This document shows positions 19,167 to 28,812 of a DNA stretch of 41,948 bases, in pieces (positions within the stretch are counted from its first letter, which is position 1; each line of letters starts with the position of its first letter). A program made the translations under genes and the position numbers. The notes beneath the pieces were generated by a model. That model had not been told where the DNA came from. It searched no databases and worked only from the letters and a program-made list of their open reading frames with translations. Source of the stretch: a candidate division TA06 bacterium (GTDB lineage: Bacteria > Ratteibacteria > UBA8468 > MWAK01); NCBI GenBank assembly GCA_022704925.1, contig JAKJFK010000001.1:1-41948 (forward strand). The letters run 5' to 3'.

Positions 19167-19319
19167 TTAAAGCAGTTCCTGCTCTGTCCCGGCAATGGCC
19201 GCCTCGATCATCCCGACGCCCTTGAGGGCCAGCTCCTCTTTGATGACCTTGAGGGTGGCGGCGGCCGACAGGGTTGAAGGCCGGCCCCGGGCCGGTACCC
19301 CAGCCATCACCCTGACTTT
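19167..19319 (-). pseudogene. decayed 3-prime remnant of a class III aminotransferase paralog
   Basis: The minus-strand translation is KVRVMAGVPARGRPSTLSAAATLKVIKEELALKGVGMIEAAIAGTEQELL-stop. It parallels ...VTVMAV...ACAAALATLKVIKEE[87 aa]LALKGVGMIEEAIAETERELL-stop of the intact gene at 24613..25959. About 82 nt (19167-19248) are roughly 90 percent identical to 24613-24694. TGA lies immediately upstream at 19320-19322. Confidence 0.8.
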
Positions 19320-19334
19320 TCAAGGCTGGTTTTC

Positions 19335-19363
19335 TTGACCACCGGCTTTCGGGATGATAGTAT
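19335..19363 (+). promoter_or_regulatory. candidate promoter TTGACC-17-TAGTAT upstream of the sensor kinase
   Basis: Hexamers read directly from the sequence. This would give a leader of about 140 nt. Confidence 0.35.
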
Positions 19364-19506
19364 TAAAAGATAGCCTGCCGCCGATTTTCAGCCCGATTGA
19401 CGTTTTCAGCCCCGGGCAAAGGGCCGGTTTTGGCAGTCCCGGTGAAAGGCCGTTTCCGGGACCGGCGGCCCGGGTTCAATCTTACTGAGGTGTCCGAGGC
19501 GATAGC

Positions 19507-21471
19507 GTGAAACTTAAGACGAAGCTCTTCCTTATCTTCACCTCCACCTCCATCCTGATCATTTTCACCTTCGGAACGATTATCTACAAGCGGCTCTGGA
19601 ACGAGCAGCTGGCCCTGATCCAGGCGAACCTCTCCCAGCAGCTTCAGAATTTCGATTTCTCCCTGAAGAATTTCTTTGCCGAGGTGGAGGGCGACGTCAA
19701 CGCCCTGGCGCAGAATGAGGTGGTCCGTTCCCGGGATGACAGCCAGTTCACCAGTTTCCTGCAGGCCAACGAAAAGAACTTCCGGTATAACTACTCGGAA
19801 CTCGAAAAAAAGATCATCCGGATCTTCAATGCCTACCGGCTTACGCACCCTTACGTGAATTCGGTTTACATGGGCCGGGAGAACGGCAGCATGGTGCGCT
19901 CCCATCCCTGGAACCGACCCATCCGCTACGATCCCCGGCAACGCCCCTGGTATATTCTGGGAAAGAAGAATCCGGCCCGGGTTGTTACGACCGAGGCCTA
20001 CCCGTCCCTGACGACCAGCGACATCAACCTCGGTTTCGAGAAGGCCCTTCTTGACGAAAAGGGACGCGTGTACGGGGTGGTGGGCATCGACGTCACGCTG
20101 GTCAACCTGACCGATTACATGGTCAACTTCCAGGTCCGTCCCGCCGGAACCATTTTTCTGGTTGACCGGAACGGCGTGATCATGGCCAGCCAGGCGGCCG
20201 GCCTGCAGGGCCGGAAGATCGGTGAGTATGCGCCGGCGCTCCCGTCCCTCCTGGCCCGGGACGAGCGCGAGATCGCTCCCATCGAGATCCGGGGGCGCCG
20301 CCATTTCCTCTTTCACCGTAAATTTGCCGAGCAGGATTGGAGAATCGTCGTTCTGATCCCGGCGGCCAACATTGAAAAAATGATCGGCGATCACGTCCTC
20401 TGGATGGTTCTGAGCCTTTGCCTGGGCCTGGCCCTGCTCAGCCTGCTCACCCTTTCGGGTCTCCACCTTTTTGTCATTCATCCGCTCAAGAAGCTCACCG
20501 AAGGGGTCGATTTCATAACCCGGACCGGTGACCTGGGCCGCCGCATCGGCATCGCCTCACGCGATGAGCTCGGCACCCTGGCCAGCTCCTTCGACCAGAT
20601 GGTCGCCACCCTGGAAGAATCCCAGCGTTCGCTTCAGGTGAAGGAGAAGGTCCTGACCGAATACCGCGACCATCTCGAGGAACTGGTTCGGCAGCGGACG
20701 CGGGAACTGGAGGCGACCCTCGGAGAACTGGCGGTGGCCAAGGAAAAGGCCGAGGCGGCCGACCGCTTGAAGTCGGCCTTCCTGGCCACCATGTCGCACG
20801 AATTGAGGACGCCGCTTAACTCGATCATCGGATTCACCGGGATTATTCTCCAGGAATTGGCCGGCCCCCTGAACGAGGAGCAGCGCAAGCAGCTCGGCAT
20901 GGTGCGCGACAGCTCGCGCCACCTGCTGGCCCTGATCAACGATGTCCTGGATATCTCGAAGATAGAGGCGGAGCAGCTGGAGATACGCAACGAACCTTTT
21001 GACCTGCGGGCCTCGATTCTCAAGGTCGCCGGAATCGTGAGGCCGCTGGCCGAAAAGAAACAGGTTGACCTGCGCCTGGAAATTGCCGCGGAGATCGGGA
21101 GGTTCTCGAGCGACTCGCGCCGGGTCGAGCAGGTGCTGCTGAACCTGCTGAACAACGCCATAAAATTTACCGAGCGGGGGTGGGTGCAGCTCACGGCCGC
21201 CCTTGCCGCGGAAGGGAACGGCACCGCGGTCCGGATCTCGGTTGCCGATACCGGCATCGGAATCAAGGCCGAAGACCTCGGCAAATTGTTCCAGCCCTTC
21301 CGGCAGATCGATTCCGGCCTCGCGCGCCAGCACGAGGGTACCGGGTTGGGGCTGGTCATCTGCCGGCGGCTGGCCGGGTTGCTGGGCGGGGAAATCCGGG
21401 TGACCAGCGAGTTGGGCAAGGGGAGCGTTTTCACTTTCATCCTGCCGGTACCGTCAGCGGAGACCCCATGA
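19507..21471 (+). CDS. sensor histidine kinase (TM - Cache-like periplasmic domain - TM - HAMP - HisKA - HATPase_c)
   Basis: GTG start after GAGG. Two hydrophobic segments flank a Cache-like region (DPRQRPWY). HAMP-like LKKLTEGVDFI...DELGTLASSFDQM, H-box FLATMSHELRTPLNSIIGF, N-box LLNLLNNAIKFT, G-boxes DTGIGI and GTGLGL. Confidence 0.9.
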   Translation: MKLKTKLFLIFTSTSILIIFTFGTIIYKRLWNEQLALIQANLSQQLQNFDFSLKNFFAEVEGDVNALAQNEVVRSRDDSQFTSFLQANEKNFRYNYSELEKKIIRIFNAYRLTHPYVNSVYMGRENGSMVRSHPWNRPIRYDPRQRPWYILGKKNPARVVTTEAYPSLTTSDINLGFEKALLDEKGRVYGVVGIDVTLVNLTDYMVNFQVRPAGTIFLVDRNGVIMASQAAGLQGRKIGEYAPALPSLLARDEREIAPIEIRGRRHFLFHRKFAEQDWRIVVLIPAANIEKMIGDHVLWMVLSLCLGLALLSLLTLSGLHLFVIHPLKKLTEGVDFITRTGDLGRRIGIASRDELGTLASSFDQMVATLEESQRSLQVKEKVLTEYRDHLEELVRQRTRELEATLGELAVAKEKAEAADRLKSAFLATMSHELRTPLNSIIGFTGIILQELAGPLNEEQRKQLGMVRDSSRHLLALINDVLDISKIEAEQLEIRNEPFDLRASILKVAGIVRPLAEKKQVDLRLEIAAEIGRFSSDSRRVEQVLLNLLNNAIKFTERGWVQLTAALAAEGNGTAVRISVADTGIGIKAEDLGKLFQPFRQIDSGLARQHEGTGLGLVICRRLAGLLGGEIRVTSELGKGSVFTFILPVPSAETP

Positions 21472-21839
21472 AGAAAAGGATTCTCCTTATTGAAGACAAC
21501 GAACAAAACCGTTACCTGGCCGCTTTTCTGCTCGAAGCGCGCGGCTATGAGGTCCTCCAGGCCGCCGATGGAATCCGGGGCATCGAAATGGCCGGCAGCC
21601 TCCGGCCGGAGTTGATCCTGCTCGACATCCAGCTTCCCGGAATGGACGGGTACGCGGTCGCCCGCGAATTGCGCGCCAACCCCGCGCTCAAGACCATCCC
21701 GATCGTGGCGGTGACCTCTTACGCGATGGCCGGCGACCGGGAAAAATCGCTGGCCGCCGGCTGCAACGGCTACATCGAAAAACCGATCAACCCGGAAACC
21801 TTCGCGGCCGAAGTGGCATCTTACCTGGAAAAGGATTGA
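21468..21839 (+). CDS. single-domain response regulator (REC only)
   Basis: [14 protein letters not shown]...[13 protein letters not shown]...VTSYAM...GYIEKP. ATGA overlap with the kinase stop. Confidence 0.9.
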   Translation: MKKRILLIEDNEQNRYLAAFLLEARGYEVLQAADGIRGIEMAGSLRPELILLDIQLPGMDGYAVARELRANPALKTIPIVAVTSYAMAGDREKSLAAGCNGYIEKPINPETFAAEVASYLEKD

Positions 21840-21853
21840 AAGGAGATCTCTTC

Positions 21854-22997
21854 ATGAAGAAGCGGATAATGATCGTGGACGACAAGGAGGAAAACCTTTA
21901 TTTCCTGAACGCTTTGCTGCAGGGGTACGGCTACGAAGTTGTTGCCGCCGCGCACGGCGCCGAGGCTCTCGAAAAGGCCCGGTCGCAGCCGCCGGATCTG
22001 ATTATTTCGGATATCCTGATGCCGGTGATGGACGGGTTCGCCCTCTGCCGGAACTGGAAGAAGGACGAGCGATTGAAGCCGGTGCCGTTTGTTTTTTTAC
22101 ACCGCCACCTACACCGACGAGCGGGATCGGGATTTCGCGCTCAGCCTGGGCGCGGAGCGTTTTGTCGTCAAGCCGACGGAGCCCGACTCGCTGATGGGGA
22201 TCATCGAGGAGACCCTTCGGCAGAGCGCGGCGGCCGTTCCGAAGACGCCGCCCCGGCCCGCGGGCAAGAAGTCCCAAGAGGAGACCGTTTACCTGAGGCA
22301 ATACAATGAAGCGATTATCCGCAAGCTGGAAGACAAGATGGAGCAGCTGGAGCAGGTCAACCGAAAGCTGGAACAGAACATTGCCGAGCGGAAGCGGGCC
22401 GAGGCGGGTTTGCAGACCAGTTACGAAAAGCTGCAGAAAATGATAGACGAGACGATCGAAGCCCTGGGCAAAATGGGTGAAATGCGCGATCCGTACACGG
22501 CCGGACACCAGAGCCGGGTGGCCAGGCTGGCGGTGACCATCGCCCGGGAGACGGGGGCGCTGGAAAAGGAGATGATGGTCATCGGCTTGCTTCATGACGT
22601 GGGCAAGATAATCGTACCGGTCGAAATCCTGACCAAGCCCGGCAAGCTGACCGAGGTGGAGTTTCAGATGATCCAGCCCCACAGCCAGGCCGGTTATGAC
22701 ATCCTGTACGGCATTGAATTTCCCTGGCCGGTCGCGCTTACGGTATTGCAGCACCACGAACGCATGAATGGTTCCGGATATCCCAACCGGCTGGCCGGGA
22801 ACCAGATAATCATGGAAGCCAGAATACTGGCGGTGGCCGACGTGGTGGAGGCCATGGCTTCGCATCGTCCCTACCGGCTGGCGGTGGGTACTGAGAATGC
22901 CCTGGAAGAAATCTCCGGAAACCGCGGCGTGCTTTACGATCCCAGGGTCGTGGATGCCTGCCTGGGGGTCTTCCGAAAAGGGTTCAAGTTCGATTGA
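21854..22997 (+). pseudogene. response regulator with HD-GYP phosphodiesterase output domain, interrupted by +1 frameshift in a T7 run
   Basis: The REC domain [10 protein letters not shown]...[14 protein letters not shown]...LKPVPFVF is in one frame. It continues as [26 protein letters not shown], a coiled coil and HD-GYP motifs (HDVGK, HHERMNGSGYP) in the +1 frame. The junction is the homopolymer at 22092-22098. GAAAGGAG Shine-Dalgarno-like sequence before ATG 21854. Confidence 0.8.
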
Positions 22998-23090
22998 GGC
23001 CTTTGCAGCCGGGCGGGTCTTCCACCGGGGGCGTTGTGATTTCGGGGTCCCGGTTTGGCCGGCCGGACTGATTACTTGAGGAGACCGGGC

Positions 23091-23960
23091 ATGCCTCTCA
23101 ACAAAATACTGCACCTGACCAGCGGCGACTGCGCCGGCGGTCTTCTGGCCCGATCCGGCCTCGAGGGTGAGATCTTCGTCTGGCACGACATCCTTTACGA
23201 CGGCCCCCGCCGGCCCGGCTGGCCGGACGAGGCGATCCTGGCCGCCCGGGCGCGGTTCATCGAGGCGCAGACCGGCCGGGGTTTGAGCCGGGAGAAAATC
23301 CTGAAGTCCTTCCGCTGCCAGTACGCCAGGCTCCGAACGGAAGCCGGGTACGGGAGGATCGTGCTCTGGTTTGACGCCTGTCTCTTCGACCAGTCCATGC
23401 TCGTCCACATCCTGGTCTGCCTGCTGGAGCTGAACCGGACCGAAAATGTCGAATTGCTCTGCCTGGACGCTTTCCCAGGCATTGTTCCCTTCCACGGTCT
23501 CGGACAGCTGACGGCCGCCCAGCTGCTCTCCGTGTACGGCCGGCGCCGGCCGGTGACCGAAGCCCAGTTTCTCTTCGCGAAGCGGGTGGATGCGGCCTTC
23601 GCCCTCCAGGATAAACAGGCCTTCGCCGAACTGGCGGCCGGCGTCGGCGCGCCCCTGCCCTGGGTGCCGGCCGCCGTGGCCCGCTGGCTGCAGGAACAGC
23701 CGGACGGAGCGGACGGCCTGGGCCGGCTGGAACGGCTGGCGCTGGAGGCGGTCCGCAACGGGAAGAACCGGCCGCGCGAGATCTTCGCGGCGGCGGCCGC
23801 CGGCGACACCCCGCCCCAGTTCTGGGGTGACACGACGCTCTGGGCGAAGATAAACTCGCTGGCTGACAAGGAGCTGGTGTTGATAGAAGGTCCGTCGCCG
23901 CGCCTGCCCCAGTGGGAGGCCGGCCTCGACCTGGACCGTTTTCAGATAACCCCGGCTTGA
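23091..23960 (+). CDS. DUF1835-like domain protein
   Basis: ILHLTSGDCAGGLL...IFVWHDILYDGP...IVLWFDACLFDQ resembles the DUF1835 N-terminal domain, with a C-terminal helical domain. GAGGAG Shine-Dalgarno-like sequence before ATG 23091. Family name is from memory. Confidence 0.65.
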   Translation: MPLNKILHLTSGDCAGGLLARSGLEGEIFVWHDILYDGPRRPGWPDEAILAARARFIEAQTGRGLSREKILKSFRCQYARLRTEAGYGRIVLWFDACLFDQSMLVHILVCLLELNRTENVELLCLDAFPGIVPFHGLGQLTAAQLLSVYGRRRPVTEAQFLFAKRVDAAFALQDKQAFAELAAGVGAPLPWVPAAVARWLQEQPDGADGLGRLERLALEAVRNGKNRPREIFAAAAAGDTPPQFWGDTTLWAKINSLADKELVLIEGPSPRLPQWEAGLDLDRFQITPA

Positions 23961-23978
23961 TAAGAACTTATTTCCGCT

Positions 23979-24500
23979 TTATTCCTTTTTGACCAAACCC
24001 GCCCGATCATTTTCAGCCCTTTTACCGCCGGCCGCCTGGAGGTAGAGGACAGCGGCCGGGATGAAGGCCAGCAGACAGACCAGGTAAACGGCGCCGCCGC
24101 TGATTTTTCCGTGGAGCGGGTTGGCCGTCAGCGGATAGAAGGGGCGGATGTCGGAGTAGAGGGGGGCGTCCAGCAGGACGTGGAACCAGGCGCCGAGCAG
24201 GGCGGAGATCGCCATGATCCGAAAATCCGGCCGGTAGGGGAGGCGCAGGCGGTTCATCAGCCGCCGGAGGTGTCTTCGACCCGCGAAGGCGAGGGCCGCC
24301 CAGCCGATTCCCACCAGGCTCCCGAAGAGGAGGGTGTGGGCGTAACCGTGGAGGGGATACTTCAGGCCGAATGAGATCACGGCCAGGGGTTCCAGGTCGA
24401 TCGCCAGGTTGGAGAGCAGGAAGACCGGCAGGTCGAGGCGTTCTTTCAGGGGCAGGGCGAGGCAGGCGCCGGGTCCGAAGTGGAACGGAGTGAAAGGCAT
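23979..24500 (-). CDS. integral membrane protein of unknown function (possible membrane-bound metal-dependent hydrolase-like)
   Basis: MPFTPFHFGPG start, several hydrophobic helices, conserved-looking His residues (HGYAHT, WFHVLLD). Family assignment is uncertain. Confidence 0.55.
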   Translation of the reverse strand: MPFTPFHFGPGACLALPLKERLDLPVFLLSNLAIDLEPLAVISFGLKYPLHGYAHTLLFGSLVGIGWAALAFAGRRHLRRLMNRLRLPYRPDFRIMAISALLGAWFHVLLDAPLYSDIRPFYPLTANPLHGKISGGAVYLVCLLAFIPAAVLYLQAAGGKRAENDRAGLVKKE

Positions 24501-24612
24501 CGGCTTCTTCCTTTCTTCAAGCGGACCGACGGCCCGGGCTTCCCGGCCCCGGGCGGCCGTCAGGATTCCGGCCGCCCGGGACTGCTTCGAAGCGGTTTTC
24601 TCCGCCGAAGCC

Positions 24613-25959
24613 TTAAAGCAGTTCCCGCTCCGTTTCGGCGATGGCCTCCTCGATCATCCCGACGCCCTTGAGGGCCAGCTCCTCGTTGATGACCAGGGGC
24701 GGCGACATGCGCAGGATGTGGCCGGCCGGTATCCAGGCCAGCCCCTTGCGGAAGGCCTTCTGGTAGACCAGCTTCCCGGCCGCCTCGAAGGGCTCCTTGC
24801 TCTGCTTGTCCTTGACCAGCTCGACGCCGAAGAGGCAGCCGCGGCCGCGGACGTCGCCCACGATGCGGTACTTCTGTTTCATCGCCTCCAGCCGCTTCAT
24901 GATCACGGCCTCGATTTTCCGGGCGTTCTCCAGGAGCTTCTCCTCCTTGATGACCTTGAGGGTGGCCAGGGCCGCCGCGCAGGCCAGCGGGTTGCCGCCG
25001 AAGGATGAGGAGGCGCTGATCTTCTCCAGGTGCTCCTTGTAGGGTTCGCGCACCGCCATCACCGTCACCGGGAAACCGTTGCCCAGGCCCTTGCCCAGGG
25101 TGATGATGTCCGGCACCACCCCGTAATGGTCGCAGGCGAACCAATCGCCGGTGCGTCCCATGCCGGTGAGGATCTCGTCCAGGAAGAGGAGGATGCCCAG
25201 CTTCTCGAGGCGCTTCTTCAGTTCCGGGATGAACGCCTCGGGCGGGAAGACGCTGCCGGCCCAGCCCTGGATGGGTTCCATCACCACCGCCGCCACCCGG
25301 CCGGTGGTCTCCTCGCGGAGCACCTTTTCGGTGAAGTCCACGCAGTAGAGGTTGCAGGCGGGATGCTCCATCTTGAAGGGGCATCGGTAGCAGTTGGGCC
25401 GGGGCGCCAGGAAGAAGCCGGGGGAGCGGATGCCCTTGTCCGGGCTCATGCCGGCCAGGGAGACCGAGCCGAGCGTCTTGCCATGGAAGTCCTTCCAGAA
25501 GGAGAGAAACTCGAAGCGGCCGGTGATGGCCCGGGCGGCCCGCAGGCCGGCCTCGACCGCCGGGGTCCCGTCGGAATAGAACTGGACGCCGCTGATGTCC
25601 CCGGGCAGGACGTCCACCAGCAGTTCCAGCGCCTCGACTTTGACCGAGGCGGTGAAGTCATGGGCGTTCCAGAGCCGGTCGGCCATCCGCTTGAGCGCCT
25701 CGGCGATCTTGGGATGGGCGTGGCCGCAGCCGGTCACGTAGATGCCGGAGGAGAAGTCGATGTAGGTGTTGCCGTCGGCGTCGCGCAGGAAAGGACCGCG
25801 CCCCTCCTCGAAGACGACCGGGAAGAGCTGGACCTGGGAGGAGAAGCCCTTCATGTACTTCTCGGCCCGGCCGTGGATCTCCCGGGATCGGGGCCCGGGC
25901 AGTTCCGGGCTTACTATCCGGGGTGGGTTCTGCACGTAGTCGGAGTACCATTCAGCCAT
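24613..25959 (-). CDS. class III (GabT/ArgD-like) pyridoxal-phosphate aminotransferase
   Basis: PGPRSREI..., DFSSGIYVTGCGHAHP, EPIQGWAGSV, LFLDEILTGMGRTG, ITLGKGLGNGFP (PLP-Lys context), about 448 aa. Confidence 0.88.
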   Translation of the reverse strand: MAEWYSDYVQNPPRIVSPELPGPRSREIHGRAEKYMKGFSSQVQLFPVVFEEGRGPFLRDADGNTYIDFSSGIYVTGCGHAHPKIAEALKRMADRLWNAHDFTASVKVEALELLVDVLPGDISGVQFYSDGTPAVEAGLRAARAITGRFEFLSFWKDFHGKTLGSVSLAGMSPDKGIRSPGFFLAPRPNCYRCPFKMEHPACNLYCVDFTEKVLREETTGRVAAVVMEPIQGWAGSVFPPEAFIPELKKRLEKLGILLFLDEILTGMGRTGDWFACDHYGVVPDIITLGKGLGNGFPVTVMAVREPYKEHLEKISASSSFGGNPLACAAALATLKVIKEEKLLENARKIEAVIMKRLEAMKQKYRIVGDVRGRGCLFGVELVKDKQSKEPFEAAGKLVYQKAFRKGLAWIPAGHILRMSPPLVINEELALKGVGMIEEAIAETERELL

Positions 25960-27367
25960 CGTTTTCTCCCTCTTTTTCGAGTTGCCGCTTGAGACGGCGG
26001 TAGAGTTCGTATTTTTTGACGTAAGCTTCGGTCCGGCCGGGGTGGGGCCGGAAACGGCGCCCGGCCAATTTGAAGCGGCTCTCCGGATGGCGTCCGGAGA
26101 GGCCGGCCAGGGCCAGCCGGGCCGCGCCGCGGCCGGCCGCCTCGCTGATCTCCGGCACCGTCACTTCCAGGCCGGTGATGTCGGCCAGGAGGCGGGGCAG
26201 GCTGGTTTGCCGGACCGGGCCGCCGATGGCGACCAGTTTTCTGACCCGGTCCCCGCCCAGCCGGGGGGCGGCTAAATCCAGGTACTCCCGGATCTGGAGG
26301 CCGAGTGTTTCCATGACCGCCCGGAGGATCTCGGCCGGTCCGTCGGCCAGGCCCAGGTTCAGGAGTCCGCCCCGGCCCCGGATGAAGTTGGGCAGGACCA
26401 GGACCGGCGAGGGCGTTTCGCCTTCGGCCGGCCGGGTTTGTTTCAGGTTGCGGCTGAACCAATCGTAAAGAATTCCGCCGTTGCTGGCCGCACCCATCAG
26501 GCCGAAACGGCCCGGCAGCAGGTGCGGCCCGGGCGCCAGCCGCCGGGCCGGGTCGTAGACCGGCCGCCGGGTGGTGATCAGGATTACCCAGGCGGTGCCG
26601 CAGGAGACCAGGGCGGTTCCGGCCGCCGCGGCCCCGGCGCCCAGTGCGGCGCAGTACTGGTCGTGACCGCCGGCGAAGACCGGCGTGCCCGCGGACAGGC
26701 CCAGTTGGCGGGCGGCCGCCGCGGTCAGCCGGCCGCCGCAGGCGTCGGCCGGGATGACCTCCGGCAGCATTGAGCTTTTCAGGCCGGCCAGGTCGAGCAG
26801 TTCCGGATCCCAGCGGCCGGTCCGGATGTTGAAGAGATTGGTCATGGCCGCCGAGGTCGGATCGAGGAAGAATTCGCCGGTGAGTCGATAATTCAGGTAA
26901 TCGGCCACGAAGGCCAGCCGCCGGGTGTGCCGCCAGACCTCCGGTTCCTCCTGCTGCAGCCAGCGGCAGAGGGTGAGCGGCGAGCCGCCGTAGAGTCGCC
27001 AGCCGGTTTTCCGGTAGAAACGGCCGGCCCCGAAGCGGCGGTTGAGCTCCGCGGCGATGTCGGGCGCGCGGTTGTCGAGCCAGGTGACGGCCGGTCGCAG
27101 GGGGCGCCCGTTCCTGTCGAGCGGAACGAAGGTGCCGCCCTGGGAACTGCCGGCCAGGCCGATGGTTCCCAGGCGCGTTTTCAGGCCGCGGAGACTCCGG
27201 GCCAGGGCCAGGAACCAGTCATCGGCCGGCTGTTCGGCCCAGCCGGGCCGGGGAAATTTCAGGCCGGTCGGTCGGGCGGCCGCGGCCTTCAAGACCAGCC
27301 GGTCGTCGTAAAGGAAGGCCTTGGTGTTGGTGGTGCCGCTGTCGAAGCCCAGGAAGAGATCGGCCAT
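25952..27367 (-). CDS. FGGY-family carbohydrate kinase (xylulokinase/glycerol-kinase-like)
   Basis: LGFDSGTTNTKAFL, PGWAEQPADDW, the GGHDQYCAALGAG motif, about 470 aa. Its stop overlaps the aminotransferase start by 8 nt. Confidence 0.85.
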   Translation of the reverse strand: MADLFLGFDSGTTNTKAFLYDDRLVLKAAAARPTGLKFPRPGWAEQPADDWFLALARSLRGLKTRLGTIGLAGSSQGGTFVPLDRNGRPLRPAVTWLDNRAPDIAAELNRRFGAGRFYRKTGWRLYGGSPLTLCRWLQQEEPEVWRHTRRLAFVADYLNYRLTGEFFLDPTSAAMTNLFNIRTGRWDPELLDLAGLKSSMLPEVIPADACGGRLTAAAARQLGLSAGTPVFAGGHDQYCAALGAGAAAAGTALVSCGTAWVILITTRRPVYDPARRLAPGPHLLPGRFGLMGAASNGGILYDWFSRNLKQTRPAEGETPSPVLVLPNFIRGRGGLLNLGLADGPAEILRAVMETLGLQIREYLDLAAPRLGGDRVRKLVAIGGPVRQTSLPRLLADITGLEVTVPEISEAAGRGAARLALAGLSGRHPESRFKLAGRRFRPHPGRTEAYVKKYELYRRLKRQLEKEGENDG

Positions 27368-27370
27368 CTT

Positions 27371-28774
27371 TTATCCTTCTTCTCCGACTTCGAAGGCCGG
27401 CCGGCCAAGTTGTTCCGCCAGCAGCCGCAGGGCCGGCCGCTGGTCTCCGTAAGCCAGGCCCAGGTGATGGGTGCCCCCCAGCCGGCTGTAGCCGGTGAGA
27501 AAATTCTCCACCCGGCCGGGGATTTTCAGCATGAAGTTGGGAACGTCCAGCCCGGGGAACCAGGGTTTGGCCAGGACCCGGCCGCGGGCCATGATGAAGT
27601 TCAATCCGTCGCGGCCGGGCGCCAGGTTGAGAAGCGTGACCGGCCCCGGCTTGAGCTGGAAGAGCAGGCTGGTGGTGGCCAGGCCGGGCTTGATCAGCGA
27701 CATCTCCTTGCGGGCCAGCCGGACCGATTTCGGGTCGCGGGCCAGGTTGGGATTGCTTTCGCCCATGTGGGACATGAAGATCCGGTCGTTCCGGTAGTCG
27801 GTGGTGAACATCTCGACGAAGTTGCCGGCGCCGGCCAGGCCGTGCAGAATCAGCACCGCCGCCGCGCAGAGGATATCGCCCTCGCCGCCGTAGCCCAGTC
27901 CTTCGGCCATCAGCTTGGAGATGGCGGCGAAGGGAATCGCCTCGGCCCCCTCCGCTCCCTCGAAGGCCATGAAATTGATGCCCAGTCCGTTCAGGCGCTC
28001 TTCGGCCACCAGGCGCCGCAGGCCCAGTTCCAGGCGGGCCGCCTGCCGGCGGGTGGCCGGGTCAAGCTTCGGGTCCACCCGGAAACGCCGGTTCTCCGCG
28101 GCCACCAGCCCCTGGATTTCCTTCTCCGGAACCGCGCGTGAGCATTCGGACAGACGGCTTACCGGCAGGTCGACCGCCTGCGGTCCGAGTTGTTCGCGCA
28201 GCCGGCGGTCGTCCCAGGCGAAATCGCCCATGTCTTCAAAACGGCCGCCCAGCCGGCCCAGGCGCGCGCGGCCCAGCCGGCCGGCCGCGGCGGCCGCCCG
28301 GCACCAGTCGTTCACCCCGGCCCGGGCCGCGGCGTCCCGGTAGTGGCCGGTGATCAGGTGGAAGGCCAGGCCTTCCCGCCGCATGACGCTGGCCAGATCC
28401 TGGACGCCGTGCATGCCATGGTTTTTGAACATGTCCGCGCCCGAAAATTCCGTTCCGACCGTCTCCAGTTTCTGGGTGTTCCAGACCAGGATCGGCCGGC
28501 CTCCGAGTTTTTTGAGCGCCGGCGCGATGATCAGGCTCGGGCTGTAGGAGAGGAAGACCAGGATTACCCCGTCGACGCCGGCGGCGGCCAGTTTTTCGAC
28601 GGCCGCCTCCATCTCCGGCCGGGTGCAGACGACCGGCACGTGGGTCAGCTCGAGTTCCCGTTCGAGGCGGCCGGCCAGTTCCCTGGAGAAGGTCTCCAGT
28701 CCGGCTACCAGCTCCGGGACCTTCCGGCGGTAAAGTTCGGCGGTCAGGCCGATCAGCCCGATCCGGGGTTTCAT
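27371..28774 (-). CDS. L-fucose/L-arabinose isomerase family protein
   Basis: About 467 aa. N-terminal Rossmann-like part (IGLIGLTAELY..., VDGVILVFLSY) and C-terminal GGTHHLGLAYGD typical of the fucose/arabinose isomerase superfamily. Specificity is unknown. Confidence 0.7.
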   Translation of the reverse strand: MKPRIGLIGLTAELYRRKVPELVAGLETFSRELAGRLERELELTHVPVVCTRPEMEAAVEKLAAAGVDGVILVFLSYSPSLIIAPALKKLGGRPILVWNTQKLETVGTEFSGADMFKNHGMHGVQDLASVMRREGLAFHLITGHYRDAAARAGVNDWCRAAAAAGRLGRARLGRLGGRFEDMGDFAWDDRRLREQLGPQAVDLPVSRLSECSRAVPEKEIQGLVAAENRRFRVDPKLDPATRRQAARLELGLRRLVAEERLNGLGINFMAFEGAEGAEAIPFAAISKLMAEGLGYGGEGDILCAAAVLILHGLAGAGNFVEMFTTDYRNDRIFMSHMGESNPNLARDPKSVRLARKEMSLIKPGLATTSLLFQLKPGPVTLLNLAPGRDGLNFIMARGRVLAKPWFPGLDVPNFMLKIPGRVENFLTGYSRLGGTHHLGLAYGDQRPALRLLAEQLGRPAFEVGEEG

Positions 28775-28812
28775 GTCATCTCCTTTTTTCGAGGTCTGAT
28801 GAGAGCCGTTTT

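Noticed and set aside
19036-19323. 95-aa minus-strand ORF from the track
   Set aside because: It is in the wrong frame. The frame that ends at 19167 reproduces the aminotransferase C-terminus, so the region is better explained as a pseudogene remnant.
21836-22997. Treating 21836-22309 and 22089-22997 as two independent genes
   Set aside because: The REC domain is split mid-domain between them, and the second ORF would need a TTG start inside the T-run. A single frameshifted gene explains both.
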